Positions 16,937 to 28,779 of a stretch of 64,000 nt of DNA are shown in pieces (position 1 is the first letter of the stretch; each line of letters opens with the position of its first letter). The notes under the pieces were generated by a model, which ran no database searches, was not told where the DNA came from, and worked only from the letters and a program-made list of their open reading frames with translations. This DNA is from Ostreococcus lucimarinus (Eukaryota): NCBI GenBank assembly GCA_000092065.1, contig CP000587.1; one strand, 5' to 3'. A program made the translations under genes and the position numbers.

Positions 16937-19732
16937 GTGACGTGGACAACGAAGTCGTTTCGATCGCGCGACATGTCCTCGCGCGCTCCCACGGACGAAC
17001 TCGCGGCGTTCTTGGACTACTTGCCGTCGCATCCACACGTCGGCGCGGGGGCTGCGTTGGACGATGGCTTAGAGGCGGACATATGGGATTCGATCGAGCT
17101 CGAACTCACGCGTGAAGTCGACGCGAGGACGGCGAACGATAATGGCGATCACAACGCGTTAGACGTCCGCGAAGGACGATCAACTCGAGGACGGGACGCG
17201 TCGACAAAGGACACGGCGAGAGGGACGAGAGGGCGTCGGCGAGCTTCGACGACTTCGAGGTCAAGGTCGCGCTCGTTGACCAAGCACACTCAGAAGGATG
17301 CGTTCGGACTCGTGAGAGGGGCTTATGAAACGGTGGAATCGAACGCGAGCGATGCCTCGGTGAACACCATGATGAAGCAACTCAACGATGCGCTGAACGC
17401 CGTCTCCGCCGGCTTGGGCGACGGTTGCCTCGCACAGATTTGGTTTGTTGAACGCGAAAATGACGACGTACTATTGCACACGGTGACTGAGTACGTGCGA
17501 GTGTGCAGTGAACATCGCTCGGATGCCCTTTGGGCGTTTCACCGCGGATGTACGTCGTTCATGTTGAACGTCGCGATCGCGGGCTCGGATGGTTTCACGC
17601 CTGGCTCGGGGGCGCCGGGACGCGTATTCGCGACGAATAGACCGGAGTGGACGCCATCGGTGCAGTGTTATCATCCATCGGAGTTTCCAAGAAATTCACT
17701 GGCGATCGAATGCGGGTGTTACAGTCAGTTGATCGTACCCGTGAACGCGAAACCGCAATCCACGACGCCGTTTGCGTTGCTTGAAATCACATTCCTGCAT
17801 GTGTTGGACAACATGGGTTCGGTTTACTCGCACGTCGTTCGCGAAATGACCAACGCGGGATTACACACTCCAATATCCGAAACGTTAGCGCCGCCGCCGG
17901 TGCTGATGGATAAAATTGCCGGAGAAGTTGCACGGTTGAAGGTAGCGGAGACGCAAAAGGGCTTGCAGATGATATGCTCCCGTCTTGAAATTCCGTTTGC
18001 GCAAATTTGGATCCCTCACGACGTGGATGGCACTCTAATTTGCGTGGGGACACCTTATTATCAGAAGTCGAATCATTTTCTTCACTATAGGAACGCATCT
18101 ATGAATCTCGCAATATCTCAGCACACCGGCTCCTTGTCCAAGGTTTGGAAAAACGGTTCCATGGTGTGGATGCATGATCTGAGCACGCTATCTCATCGCG
18201 ACTTTCTTTTGAAGCATTCATGTGATTTACTCAAGTTGCAAGCGATGTGTATTTCGAAGATTGCGTTGAAAGGTGTGACATCAGGTCAACCACTTCAGGT
18301 GCTGGTAGAGATCTTCCTCGATCCCAGCCTCAAGTCTCCGCGCGATCAGGCAAAGACAGTGCAGTCGTTTTGGTCCTCGGTTGAGGCGGATTTGAACGCT
18401 AGTGTGGTGACGGATACCGACAAAACATGGCTCGAAGAGATGAAAAAGAACCAGACAGCTTCTTCAAGCGGGGCAAATCCGGATGCCGCCGGAACAGCAT
18501 TGTGGGGTATCACCCTTGAGGTTTTGCAGCAAAACTTTCACAAGCATTTGAAACAAGCGGCGAGCGACCTCGGCGTCGGGAGCACAACGCTGAAACGAAT
18601 ATGCCGACAATACGGTATCCGTCGTTGGCCGCGAAGAAGTCTTAATAGCAAAAATGGTCATATGTCTGATATATTGGCAAAGAGTATCGCCACTGGCGCG
18701 ACTATGAGCGACGACGGCGCTGGGGAGTCTGTCCACGGAGGCGCTAGTTGCGTGTCGCACACTTCAGAAATCGGCGCATCAGGTACACTACCCTCACAAA
18801 GCATAAAGTCTCACTCACTCAGAGATATCGCCACGTTTTCGCCGACAACATCGGAGAAAAATAAGAGAGCTCTCGAGCAACGCGTTCACCGAGGTGGCAA
18901 TCTCGGCGCTTTTTGGCAAGGCGAAGGGGTGTCAAAAATGCAGCGCGGCATGAGCTGGCATGGGAACAATCAGGCGAGAGATGCGCTTGATTTTGACTTC
19001 CCAAATCGCTACGAGCAAAGCGTTCATGGTGTGTATAACTTTAATATGCCGCCACCACCGATGGACCAAAGTGTTCGAGGGGCGAGCACGTACAACGCCC
19101 TCTCCCTGGACGCGTCCGAAGAAATGGCGAGTTTTATCGATAAATTGGTTAAAGAACCTGAGAAAGAACCGGTGGTTGTTAAGGTACAAGTGCGTGATGT
19201 GCTCATACGAGTTCGATTGGTGACAAATGAGAGATATGTTGAACTCGTCGATGCGCTGACTGATTTGCTCGATCTACAAATGTCTTCGTGCAAGCTCAAA
19301 TATCAAGACGACGAGCAAGACTGGTGCTTGTTGCGTAATCAAGAAGATTTCGATGAGTGCTGGGCTTTCTGTACGCGACGTGGTTCGTCGTGCACGATGC
19401 GTGTAAAATTGACGATCGAAGAAGGAGTTGAGACAAAATCTCTATTCAAGCCGCAGCGCGCGCGAGCTGAAGTGCCGGACGCACAGGCGAAACCAATATC
19501 CGTAAAAGCAAGTGTTGGCGAAGACGTGCTACGATTCAAGTTAACGACAGAGATGTCGTGCGATGACATCGTAGCCAAGCTCAATCTCGCAGAAAATTCC
19601 TCTCAAAGTGTCACTTTGTGCTATCAAGACGAGGACGAGGACTGGATTCGACTCGGCGGTGACTATGACTTAGCTGAGCTTCGGCACGTCGGCAGCGCCA
19701 CGGGAGCGCTTAAACTGCAAGCAAACTATTAG
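16937..19732 (+). CDS. NIN-like (NLP) transcription factor: N-terminal GAF-like region, RWP-RK domain and two C-terminal PB1 domains
   Basis: RWP-RK core is [34 protein letters not shown]1 #1 is [15 protein letters not shown]...[16 protein letters not shown]1 #2 is [18 protein letters not shown]...[22 protein letters not shown]. Confidence 0.8.
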   Translation: MTWTTKSFRSRDMSSRAPTDELAAFLDYLPSHPHVGAGAALDDGLEADIWDSIELELTREVDARTANDNGDHNALDVREGRSTRGRDASTKDTARGTRGRRRASTTSRSRSRSLTKHTQKDAFGLVRGAYETVESNASDASVNTMMKQLNDALNAVSAGLGDGCLAQIWFVERENDDVLLHTVTEYVRVCSEHRSDALWAFHRGCTSFMLNVAIAGSDGFTPGSGAPGRVFATNRPEWTPSVQCYHPSEFPRNSLAIECGCYSQLIVPVNAKPQSTTPFALLEITFLHVLDNMGSVYSHVVREMTNAGLHTPISETLAPPPVLMDKIAGEVARLKVAETQKGLQMICSRLEIPFAQIWIPHDVDGTLICVGTPYYQKSNHFLHYRNASMNLAISQHTGSLSKVWKNGSMVWMHDLSTLSHRDFLLKHSCDLLKLQAMCISKIALKGVTSGQPLQVLVEIFLDPSLKSPRDQAKTVQSFWSSVEADLNASVVTDTDKTWLEEMKKNQTASSSGANPDAAGTALWGITLEVLQQNFHKHLKQAASDLGVGSTTLKRICRQYGIRRWPRRSLNSKNGHMSDILAKSIATGATMSDDGAGESVHGGASCVSHTSEIGASGTLPSQSIKSHSLRDIATFSPTTSEKNKRALEQRVHRGGNLGAFWQGEGVSKMQRGMSWHGNNQARDALDFDFPNRYEQSVHGVYNFNMPPPPMDQSVRGASTYNALSLDASEEMASFIDKLVKEPEKEPVVVKVQVRDVLIRVRLVTNERYVELVDALTDLLDLQMSSCKLKYQDDEQDWCLLRNQEDFDECWAFCTRRGSSCTMRVKLTIEEGVETKSLFKPQRARAEVPDAQAKPISVKASVGEDVLRFKLTTEMSCDDIVAKLNLAENSSQSVTLCYQDEDEDWIRLGGDYDLAELRHVGSATGALKLQANY

Positions 19733-19840
19733 TGTTTTTGTATTGTACAAAAGTTTTTCTGTAGAAATGCACTCGCTGTTCTGTCTCAATCTTCTCACAA
19801 TGTCTTACACAAACGTGAGCGGCGCTGAAACGCGGAGCGG

Positions 19841-20752
19841 CTAAGGCTGCTGAAGAAAAGCTAAGGCTGCGAGCAAGACGATCTGCACCACGAAACCGGG
19901 AGCTAACGATGGATCGGGCAATAAGTTCGAGTACATCAGGGTCTTACGCGCGCCCTCGCCGACGGCATCGAGCAAACCAGCGTACTTTTCGCTCTCGTAC
20001 TCCAAACCGCCTTCATCTATGAGCGCCGGGAATCCACCAGGGACGTATCTAACGTCCGTGTACCCAGCTTGCACGAGCTCGTACGCCGCGCGCAAGCTCA
20101 ACGAATCTCCACGGTCGCTGACAGCGGTTGAACCATTGAGTGGGGCGATGTCGAGATCGCCCCCTCGCAAATCGACGAGGACGACGGCGTCCCGGCGATT
20201 TTTCGTCACCTCAGCCACGACGTCTACGAACGCGACGTTGCGTTCCTTCAGCCCACCCTTGATGGCCAAGAAGTACCCACTCGCGCGTCTCAACACGTTT
20301 TCCATGGGCACTAAATACGGTGCGCTCTTCGTTCCCACCAGCCTCCACTCCGCGTGTTCGAGCGGTTGTCTCACGTCGACGACGACGCCTCTTCTCTTCC
20401 CCGACAACATCTCCGCCACCTCGTTCGCCGTCGCCGCGCGCACCTTTTTACTCTTCACCAGCGTTTCGTATATCTCACCGTATTTCGGGCTTCCCGGTCC
20501 CTTTCCCGGGATAACGCTCGACGCCGACGTCGACGTCGACGCCCGCGTCGTCGTCGCTCTCGCCATCTTCTTCGTCTTGGTCGTCGTTCGTCGTCGTTCG
20601 ACGCCTCGAGGCGAGTTCGACCTCGCCGTCGACGCGCTCGACGCGCGCATCGTCTTCGTCTTCGTCGCGCGTCGCGCCTCGCGCGTCGCGCCTCGGTGCG
20701 CCGCGGAGTGGTTCGACGCCGACGCATCCGTCGCGGCGTGACGTCGACCCAC
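19841..20752 (-). CDS. Rhodanese-like domain protein with a C-terminal transmembrane anchor (plastid STR-like)
   Basis: The rhodanese fold shows in VVVDVRQPLEHAEWRLVGTKSAPY...VVLVDLRGGDL...AGYTDVRYVPGGFPAL. C-terminal TM is FVVQIVLLAALAFL. The S/T/R-rich N-terminus is a possible transit peptide; the true start may be an internal Met (~20566). Confidence 0.6.
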   Translation of the reverse strand: MGRRHAATDASASNHSAAHRGATREARRATKTKTMRASSASTARSNSPRGVERRRTTTKTKKMARATTTRASTSTSASSVIPGKGPGSPKYGEIYETLVKSKKVRAATANEVAEMLSGKRRGVVVDVRQPLEHAEWRLVGTKSAPYLVPMENVLRRASGYFLAIKGGLKERNVAFVDVVAEVTKNRRDAVVLVDLRGGDLDIAPLNGSTAVSDRGDSLSLRAAYELVQAGYTDVRYVPGGFPALIDEGGLEYESEKYAGLLDAVGEGARKTLMYSNLLPDPSLAPGFVVQIVLLAALAFLQQP

Positions 20753-20796
20753 ATCGCGTCGCGTCGCGACTCTGTCCGACGCGCGCGCGCTCGAAC

Positions 20797-23700
20797 ATGG
20801 TCGCGACGCCCGAGGAGACCAACGTCGGCGATCGTCTGAGCGATTTCGTCCGCGCGCTCGACGACGAGCGGCGCGCGCGCGGCGCGAGACCGGCGGTTGA
20901 GGTGCGATGCGACTTTTCCTGCGCCCTCGCGCTCGACGCGGGGAAGGCGAATCGAACGATACAGACCGTGCCGGGGACGTTCGCGAGGGCGGCGATGAAA
21001 CCGTTCGAGGCGATGAAATCGCTCGTCGCGCGCGCGGAGAACGCGGGAGATAAGAAGACGACGCTCGAGGTGCTGCGAGACGCGCGCGGGTGCTTTCGGC
21101 CGGGGACGCTGACGCTCGTGCTGGCGCCGCCGGGACACGGGAAATCGACGCTGTTGAAATCGATCGCGGGAGTGAACCCGCTGCCGATCGAGGGCGAGAT
21201 CACGTACAGCGGGCTGACGAAGAACGAGCTCGAGGCGAAAGGGGTGTCACTGCATAGGTTGTGCGAATACGTCACGCAGCTCGACGAGCACCTGCCGTAC
21301 TTGACGGTGAAGGAGACGGTGCAATTTTCTCATGAAAACGCGTGCCACGTGCCGAGTGATGCGGAAGGGAAGGCTGCTTACGACGATAAAGTGGACAAGG
21401 TGATCAATCTATTAAATTTGGACGGATGCAAGGACACGATAATTGGTAACGATCTCATCAGAGGCGTGTCTGGCGGGGAGAAGAAGCGCGTCACCATCGC
21501 CGAAGCGATGGTGAAAAATGCGCAAGTTTTGTGCATGGATGAGATCTCTACCGGTCTCGATGCGGCGGTGACGTACAACATTGTAGCTGGTTTGAAGGAA
21601 TGGGCGTCTCGAACGCAAGGTACGGGCATCATTGCTCTCCTCCAACCCACTCCCGAGGTTGTCTCGCTGTTCGACGACGTTCTCCTTCTCAAGGAAGGTG
21701 CAACGGTGTATCACGGTCCTGTGGATAACGTCGCTACCTACTTCAAAGGCTTGGGATTCGCCCCACCCGCTGTCAACTCTGGCGCCGATCTCGCCGATTG
21801 GTTGATCTCTTTGCTCGTTTCACCCACGGAAACGCTGTTGCGCGCCGGAACGCAACCGTCCGACGCGATTCCCACAAACGTTGACGCCATGGTGAAGTCG
21901 TGGCAATCCACGCAAGCGTACGAGTCGAGCATTAAATCGAAGTGTACACCAGCCGACATCGAACTGAATACGCCGTTTGCCAAGAATCAGTATTCTCTCA
22001 GTTACCCTCGCTCATTCGCCGATCACTTCAAGTCTGTGTTCAAGCGACAGGCCCAAGTGACGCTGCGGAACAAGCTCTTCTTGCAAGCGCGCATCTTCGG
22101 TGCGTGCGTAACGTCACTCATCCTAGGTTCGGTATGGTTTGACTTACCGCTCGAACGTGGGTTCGAAAAGCTTGGTATGCTGCTCTTCTGCATCTTGCAC
22201 ATCTCCTTCTCAAACTTTTCTGAACTGACGTTCAGCGTCGAGCAAAAGTACGTCGCATTCAAGCACTTGGACGCGAAACTTTTCCCCGAGCTATCTTATC
22301 TCGCGTCATGGGCCCTGGTGCATCTTCCGATTGCTATCGTGGAGACTCTCATCTTCAGCTGCGTGCTGTATCCAATGGTTGGCTTGAACTTAGCTTTCAA
22401 ACAATGGGGCTTTTTCTACTTGCAGTTGGTGCTCGCAAACGTCGCGATGGCGTCCTTCTTCCGCGTCATTGCGTTGGTATCTCCGACGATGGAAGTCGCA
22501 CAAATCTACCCGGGTCCATTCATCGCAGTTATGATCCTCTTCGCTGGTTTCTTGATCAGCCCGGAGCTTATGGGAGGTTTGGAGTTCATGTACTGGGTTT
22601 CGATTTTCGCCTACTGCTTGCGTTCGCTATGTCAGAATGAGTTCCTGTCGGGTCACTACAACGTTTTAGTTCCGAACGACCCGATCACGGCAGCAACGTT
22701 CGTGGCCAATAATCCGCAGTACAGCTCAACCTCGATGGAGAGCCTTTGTCGGCAAAATTTGATCACGCCGTGCTCAAACATGGGAGAAATCATTCTGGAC
22801 ACGATTGGCATCACCAAAGATACCTCTTACAAATGGGCCGGTCCGGCGTTTTGTCTCGGATTTTTTGCTCTCACCTTTGCCGTTGGATTGCGCACACTGC
22901 ACACAACCCGCATTCAACGTAATATCGGGTCCAGTCGCGCCGAAGATAAAGCTCAAAACGATGAAGAAGTTATTCAAATGATCGACGTCGCGGCCGCCCA
23001 AAAGGCGATGGATTTTACCGCCATGGCCATATCGTGGAAAGATCTGTGCTACACCGTTGAAGTGGCAGCGGCGACCCCCAAAAGTGGCGCCATGGATGAC
23101 AGCACAACAGACAAAAAAGAGAAAACCGTGTCAAAACAACTGTTACACAATATTTCATCCGCTGCACAACCGGGTCGCATGCTCGCTCTCATGGGGAGCT
23201 CAGGCGCGGGCAAGACAACCCTGCTCGACGTCATCGCTGGTCGCAAAAACACAGGGCTTATCTCTGGAGATATCAAGTTGAACGGACATAATGTGAAAAA
23301 AGAAACATTTGCCCGCTTGACTGCGTACTGCGAGCAAATGGATTTGCACAACGAGTTCACTACGGTGCGCGAAGCGCTTGAATTCAGCGCCAAGCTTCGC
23401 TTGCATCCGTCCATCTCCGATGAAACTCGCGTTGCGTTCGTCGATGAAGCGCTGGAGATTTTAGAGCTTAACTCCATCGCCCACAGAATGATCGGCACGT
23501 CTGGAAGTGACACCGGGTTGGCCCCAGGACAGCGCAAAGTGCTCACGGTGGCGGTTGAGCTGGTGTCAAACGCTCCCGTCTTCTTTTTGGACGAACCTAC
23601 ATCCGGACTGGACGCTCGCAGCGCGTTGATCGTCATGAAGGAAGTTAAGAAGGTGGCTGCGTTAGGGCGTACGGTTATCAGTACCATCCACCAACCCTCG

Positions 23701-24957
23701 ATGGAGATATTCTTGATGTTCGATGACATGCTTCTTCTCCAGCGGGGCGGCTATCAAGTATACTTCGGCGAACTCGGGAAGGGAGGCTCGACCATGGTGA
23801 ATTACTTGCAATCGCTGAAAATGGCTCTTCCGCTTCCATCGGGTATGAATCCGGCGAGCTGGATGCTCGACGTTCTCGGTGGCAGCGACTCGAGCGGCGG
23901 AGCCTCGAGGAAGAAAGGTAGCATGAAGCGCAGTGCCAGTGGCATCGCCCTCGACGGCTTGCTGCTTGATCAAAAATTCATGTCTAGCGCCGAGGGTCAG
24001 GCTGCGATGAAGTTGGTGAACGCCATTAGTGAGCAAGGAGCGGATGAAAAAATGTTTAGTTTCGATTCTCCGTACGCTAGAACGTTCAAAACGCAACTTT
24101 TGGCGATCCTTTCGCGTGCGAACAAGTCGCAATTGCGCGATGTCGGCTACAACTGCGGACGCATCAGTATCCTCACAATCTTGTACATTCTCTTTGGCGT
24201 CATTTACCTCGACTTGAAGATTACAGATGAAGCTGGAGTGCAATCTATGGTAGCGTGCGTGTTCATGACGACGATTTTCACTGGTATTATTTGCATGAAC
24301 AGCGTCATGCCAGTGCGAGTTCGGGAGCGAGCGGTGGCATTCCGCGAGCGCAGCTCGTACATGTACGACGCTATTCCATTCTCTTTGGCGACGGCTATCA
24401 TTGAAGTCCCTTGGATCGCAATCATCAGCTTAGTCACCGTGATTCCGATGTATTTCCTCGTCGGTATGATTCCAACCGCACAGCGTCTCTTTTTCCATAT
24501 CCTCGTCAACTTCTTGGTATCGTTCACGTTTTTGAGTTTTGGTCAAGCCATCGCGTGCATGTGCTCCACCATTGAAACTGCGCAGGCGGGCACTTCGGCG
24601 TTCATTCCCATCGCGTTCTTATTCGGTGGTTTGTACTTGCCCCTTCCGCAGATTCCAGTCTACTGGCAGTGGGCTTATTACATCAATCCTGTGGCGTACG
24701 CCATTCAATCCGTCGTCGCGCCGCAGTTCGAGCGACGCGGGTGCTCTGGCCCATACCCCAGCGGCAACTGCCCGACGATTCAAGCGTTCCGAGGCTCTTA
24801 CTTTGAAACCATCGACACTTTAACGTACGTCGAACAAAAGTATGAGATCAAGTTCTCAGAACGCTGGATCTCGTGCGGCTACCTCTCCATCTTCGCCTTC
24901 GGCATGCAGTTCGTCCACTCCCTCTTTTTCAAGACGAGCAACGTCGTGAAGCGATGA
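20797..24957 (+). CDS. Full-size ABCG/PDR-type ABC transporter (NBD-TMD)x2
   Basis: Walker A is GHGKSTLL in NBD1 and GSSGAGKTTLL in NBD2. ABC signatures are VSGGEKKRVTIAE and LAPGQRKVLTVAVEL. Two six-helix membrane domains are present. Confidence 0.85.
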   Translation: MVATPEETNVGDRLSDFVRALDDERRARGARPAVEVRCDFSCALALDAGKANRTIQTVPGTFARAAMKPFEAMKSLVARAENAGDKKTTLEVLRDARGCFRPGTLTLVLAPPGHGKSTLLKSIAGVNPLPIEGEITYSGLTKNELEAKGVSLHRLCEYVTQLDEHLPYLTVKETVQFSHENACHVPSDAEGKAAYDDKVDKVINLLNLDGCKDTIIGNDLIRGVSGGEKKRVTIAEAMVKNAQVLCMDEISTGLDAAVTYNIVAGLKEWASRTQGTGIIALLQPTPEVVSLFDDVLLLKEGATVYHGPVDNVATYFKGLGFAPPAVNSGADLADWLISLLVSPTETLLRAGTQPSDAIPTNVDAMVKSWQSTQAYESSIKSKCTPADIELNTPFAKNQYSLSYPRSFADHFKSVFKRQAQVTLRNKLFLQARIFGACVTSLILGSVWFDLPLERGFEKLGMLLFCILHISFSNFSELTFSVEQKYVAFKHLDAKLFPELSYLASWALVHLPIAIVETLIFSCVLYPMVGLNLAFKQWGFFYLQLVLANVAMASFFRVIALVSPTMEVAQIYPGPFIAVMILFAGFLISPELMGGLEFMYWVSIFAYCLRSLCQNEFLSGHYNVLVPNDPITAATFVANNPQYSSTSMESLCRQNLITPCSNMGEIILDTIGITKDTSYKWAGPAFCLGFFALTFAVGLRTLHTTRIQRNIGSSRAEDKAQNDEEVIQMIDVAAAQKAMDFTAMAISWKDLCYTVEVAAATPKSGAMDDSTTDKKEKTVSKQLLHNISSAAQPGRMLALMGSSGAGKTTLLDVIAGRKNTGLISGDIKLNGHNVKKETFARLTAYCEQMDLHNEFTTVREALEFSAKLRLHPSISDETRVAFVDEALEILELNSIAHRMIGTSGSDTGLAPGQRKVLTVAVELVSNAPVFFLDEPTSGLDARSALIVMKEVKKVAALGRTVISTIHQPSMEIFLMFDDMLLLQRGGYQVYFGELGKGGSTMVNYLQSLKMALPLPSGMNPASWMLDVLGGSDSSGGASRKKGSMKRSASGIALDGLLLDQKFMSSAEGQAAMKLVNAISEQGADEKMFSFDSPYARTFKTQLLAILSRANKSQLRDVGYNCGRISILTILYILFGVIYLDLKITDEAGVQSMVACVFMTTIFTGIICMNSVMPVRVRERAVAFRERSSYMYDAIPFSLATAIIEVPWIAIISLVTVIPMYFLVGMIPTAQRLFFHILVNFLVSFTFLSFGQAIACMCSTIETAQAGTSAFIPIAFLFGGLYLPLPQIPVYWQWAYYINPVAYAIQSVVAPQFERRGCSGPYPSGNCPTIQAFRGSYFETIDTLTYVEQKYEIKFSERWISCGYLSIFAFGMQFVHSLFFKTSNVVKR

Positions 24958-25339
24958 GGCGCGAGCGCGACGAGTTCGCGCCGATCGCGCCGATCCCTAG
25001 ACCACACACGTTCATTCAGCTTACCCAATGCAATCAATCTAGTTCATCACGCGTTCGAACGCCGCGTTGCTCCGCGGCACGAACCGCAGACGAGTCCCCC
25101 GTCTGCGCGTGGGCTCGTCCAGCTTTGCCGGCGCAACCGGCGCAACCGCCGCCTCACAACGCGCCGACGTGTGTCGTGCGCTCGGCGTCGGCGAATCGAT
25201 CGCGGTCGGGGGTGAGCGAGGGAATACGACTCATCCTCCATCGCGTCGTCGGCCTTTTTACGTCGTCGTCGTCGTCGTCGCCGTCGCCGACGTCGTCCGG
25301 ACGCGCATTCACGGACCTTGCTTCCCCTCTCGAGACGTC

Positions 25340-26004
25340 ATGAGCGTGAACGCGACAGCGGCGATCGATGGGACGTCGAGCGCGAAGACGAACGCGAGCG
25401 ATGGCGGACACTCTGATTCTGCTGCGGTCGCGAGGAGGTGAGACGACTCGTCTCGACTCGAACGCGACGATGGAATAGAAACCGCCCCGTCGACGGACCT
25501 CGCGAGCCCGCGCGAAGCGAAGAGGCGACTGACCGATTACCGTGGTCTCCTTCGAAACGACTCGTGCGAACGAATAGATTGCAAAGCGAATTGATGAGCC
25601 TGATGACGAGCGCCGATAGTGGCATCTCGGCGTTTCCAGATGGCGATAACATTTTTTCCTGGGTGGGGACCATCGAGGGCGCGCTCGGGACGTGCTACGA
25701 GAACCTCAAGTACAAGCTGTCGCTGACTTTCGCGAACGATTACCCATTCAAGGCACCGACGGTAAAATTTGAGACCCCATGCTTTCATCCGAACGTCGAT
25801 CAGTACGGAAACATTTGCTTGGACATTTTGAAAGAAAAGTGGAGCCCGGTGTACAACGTGAGAACGATTTTGTTGAGCATTCAGTCGTTGTTGGGCGAAC
25901 CGAATAACGATTCGCCGCTCAACGTCGCCGCGGCGCAGCTCTGGGCGCAACCTGAGGAGTACAAAAAGGTGCTACTGAAGAAATACAAGGAAGATTCGAT
26001 GTAA
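25340..26004 (+). CDS. UBE2C: Ubiquitin-conjugating enzyme E2 C (UbcH10/UBC19-20 type), 2 exons: 25340..25437 and 25578..26004
   Basis: Exon 2 is a near-identical UBC core ([19 protein letters not shown]...[19 protein letters not shown]...[14 protein letters not shown]). The N-terminal exon MSVNATAA...SAAVAR ends ag|GTGAGA in phase 2, and the acceptor aatag|A rebuilds ...[11 protein letters not shown], matching human KRLQQELMTLM. Confidence 0.85.
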
Positions 26005-26256
26005 GGCGGCAGGTCAGAGAGCACTAGCGCGTGGGACGACTTCCAACTCACGATTCGCGCCGAGGTCGCTTTGCGGCGCTCAGCCGAGATGGTATGCGTG
26101 AGCCACGCCACGCTGCGCGAATACTAGGCGACGTTGGACGTCGTGTCGAGTCACGCGATGTAACATTCATCATATCCCACAACCATCCCACAACCAAAAC
26201 CGCGTAAATCGCCACGCTCCTGCGTCTGCAACTGCAAACCTCGACTGGCGCCCGCG

Positions 26257-26884
26257 ATGGAGACGAGCTTGCGTTACGACACCACCTCGCGTTCGCTTTC
26301 GCTCTTCGCCAAGGAAAGATTCACGAATTCGGAAGACGTCGTTCTCACGGTACGCATCGCGATGAGACGCATTCCAACGACGCATTCCGACGACGACGCG
26401 CTCGTCGCAATCCGCTGACGCACCGACGCCTTCTTCTCGCGCGCAGGTTTCTGGGAGTCTAGACACTCGCGATGGGCGCATGGACGGTAAAGCACACGTG
26501 CGCAAACGACTTTTCTCCCCGGCGAAGTCCTCGCCGCTCGTACCCGATCGCGCGGACATCGGATTGACGTACGAGACGAAGCTGGACGACGTGCGCTACG
26601 GCGCGCGGGCGCGCAAAACCGTGGACGTGTCGCCGTCGAAGGATGGGATGAGCACGGTGACATTGAGAGGCGGGGTATCGTACGGGGTGAAACGTTCTAA
26701 GCCCTTGATCGAGGGTACGATAGAACTCACGCACAAGGTGTTCAACTTTCAAGAGGACCAAGACTTGCGCTTGCGTGTCGGGTACGATTTGGTGAAGCGG
26801 GAACCGTACGCACATATTCGCGAAAACAACTGGAGTTTCAAGACTGATTTCCAAAAGAGTTGGAGCGTGTACTATGACTTGTAG
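26257..26884 (+). CDS. OEP21: Chloroplast outer-envelope pore protein OEP21 homologue, 2 exons: 26257..26349 and 26447..26884
   Basis: Exon 1 METSLRYDTTSRSL...DVVLT|GTACGC matches the pea OEP21 N-terminus METSLRY. Exon 2 after gcgcag| continues VSGSLDTRDG... and ends VFNFQEDQDLRLRVGYDL...PYAHIRENNWSFKTDFQKSWSVYYDL (pea: VFNFQKDQDVRLRIGYE...[26 protein letters not shown]). Confidence 0.7.
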
Positions 26885-27063
26885 TATGTAATCACAAGAT
26901 GTGCGAGATGGTTATTAAAAGCGATATAACAACTTACTGTACAAGGCGCGATATATAAATTTTTCCGGAGTCAGGCGGGCGGGCAATTCACGAAAGAGCG
27001 AACAAATCGAACCAATCGGCCCTGGAATATGATTGTTTATTGTCGTTTGAAAGCGTGTCACTT

Positions 27064-28413
27064 TCACGACGCTGCTGCGGCTGAAAAACCCCAAAAGTCG
27101 TCGTCGTTTGCGCCGTTTGAGTTGAACGTTTGACGCGGCGTCTTGGCGCGCTTTGCGATCCGCGTCGCTTTCGGATTTTTATCCAAGACGCGCCGCTGAT
27201 GCGAAGTTCTTTGCTGTACAGAGTGCGGTATGAGTGTCGGTGATTGCGGAGGGAGAGGGAGGCCCGGCAAACCTATGGACGCGCTACGAACGCTTTCCCA
27301 CGGAGTGCGTTCTCGTTCTGGCGTATTCCTTTCATCCAGCTGTGGCGAATCATCACTGCCAATCATGCCTTTAGACTTCACCGTGGCCACATCGAACTCT
27401 TTTACAGCTTCTTTTCTCAGCTCGTCCACTTCAGCCATCGGACGCTTCATGGCGACCGTCTGCGGGGCAGGCTTTCGCTTCGTCGTCACCTTGGCCGTTT
27501 TTTGAACTCTCAGTCGCGACGGATTCCTTTGAGCCTTCGAGCCATCTAAAGTCTGCGAACGCTTAATGATATCCCCGACCGCATCGAGTAGTACAGCTGT
27601 TTCTAATTCATGATCGCTATCCTGAGGATCGTTTTCGTCGACTCTGTTGGCGGAATACGTTAAAAACTCGAGCAACGCGTCTTGGCGATGCGATATTTTC
27701 ATTCGTTCCGAGTACTCTAGCTCTGCGAGCGTCTTATGGCAGTCTTCCGGCTTGAAAATGCTCTGCAAACCATCTTCGTCGCTCGCCTCCATCTCGCCTC
27801 TCGGTACGACGAGCACACCCGAACGCGACGAAATGAAAATCTTCTGCTCGCCCGTGCGCAAACACTTGACGCCGAGCGCGCACTTTAACTCCGCTCTTCG
27901 ATCGCAATGGCGAGACATGAGATCCCAGAGTCCGTCTGGACCGAGTGCATCTATCATAGGCTTGACATACGGGCCCGGAAACCCACGAAGAGCTTTCAAT
28001 TCTAACGATTCTGCGTCGACGAGGAGGTAGTCGGCGTCACCGCCCAAACCTTCGCGCAGTCTATTCGCCATGCTCGCGTTGCGCTCCTGCGAATCGTGTT
28101 CATCCATCGACTTCCCACCCGATTGTGGATGAAACAACATCTTGTTCGCCCATTCCAGCTTACTCTCCACGATCTCACGCAAATCTCCTTGAGTCGCGGC
28201 GACGCGAACTTGCACCGTCCCGAGCACGACTTGTTGCTTAATGGCCTCCTCCGCGTTTGTAAATACGTACGCGGTCTCGCTGAACGTTCGCGCGCTATCG
28301 GTGACGTAGGCCACGCGCAAACACTTGTCGCACCCCGATTCCCGCTTCGCAGGACGTCGGTTCATGCTCAACGACGCTCCACGGCGCGCGTCGAGACCAA
28401 CAGCCTCGCGCAA
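27064..28413 (-). CDS. Ham1/ITPase-fold paralogue with degenerate N-terminal catalytic motif and ~250-aa basic/disordered C-terminal extension
   Basis: Central block DAESLELKALRGFPGPYVKPMIDALGPDGLWDLMS... parallels the canonical ITPase at 38887. The N-terminal motif reads VAYVTDSARTFSE where ITPases have [FI]ATGNxxK. The C-terminal tail is unassigned. Confidence 0.6.
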   Translation of the reverse strand: MREAVGLDARRGASLSMNRRPAKRESGCDKCLRVAYVTDSARTFSETAYVFTNAEEAIKQQVVLGTVQVRVAATQGDLREIVESKLEWANKMLFHPQSGGKSMDEHDSQERNASMANRLREGLGGDADYLLVDAESLELKALRGFPGPYVKPMIDALGPDGLWDLMSRHCDRRAELKCALGVKCLRTGEQKIFISSRSGVLVVPRGEMEASDEDGLQSIFKPEDCHKTLAELEYSERMKISHRQDALLEFLTYSANRVDENDPQDSDHELETAVLLDAVGDIIKRSQTLDGSKAQRNPSRLRVQKTAKVTTKRKPAPQTVAMKRPMAEVDELRKEAVKEFDVATVKSKGMIGSDDSPQLDERNTPERERTPWESVRSASIGLPGLPLPPQSPTLIPHSVQQRTSHQRRVLDKNPKATRIAKRAKTPRQTFNSNGANDDDFWGFSAAAAS

Positions 28414-28779
28414 TTACACACCCCGCGCACGCCCGATGTTTTCGATCGCGCGCGCCGCCGCCGCCGCGCGCGACGCGTCAGAGTCCGGGCGCGACGCTGG
28501 TATCGTCTGTCGTCGCGCTGCGATCGTCCGCGCGACTTCGGGATGCTGTATCCGACGCCATGTGCCGCGAGATCGTTCGCGCGCGCCGACCGCGTCTCCG
28601 CGGACGGTTTTCGGAGACGGGCCTGCGTCTCGGTTCGCAAACCTCCGATCGGGTTCCAGGCACCCGAGGCGCGCGCAGTCCGGCGACAGATTTTTCATCC
28701 CTCGGCGCGCGCGAAATCGGTCGGTCGGTGGGTGCCGGATTTCCGGATTCCCGTCGACGTCCTCGCGCGGACGTCGTCG

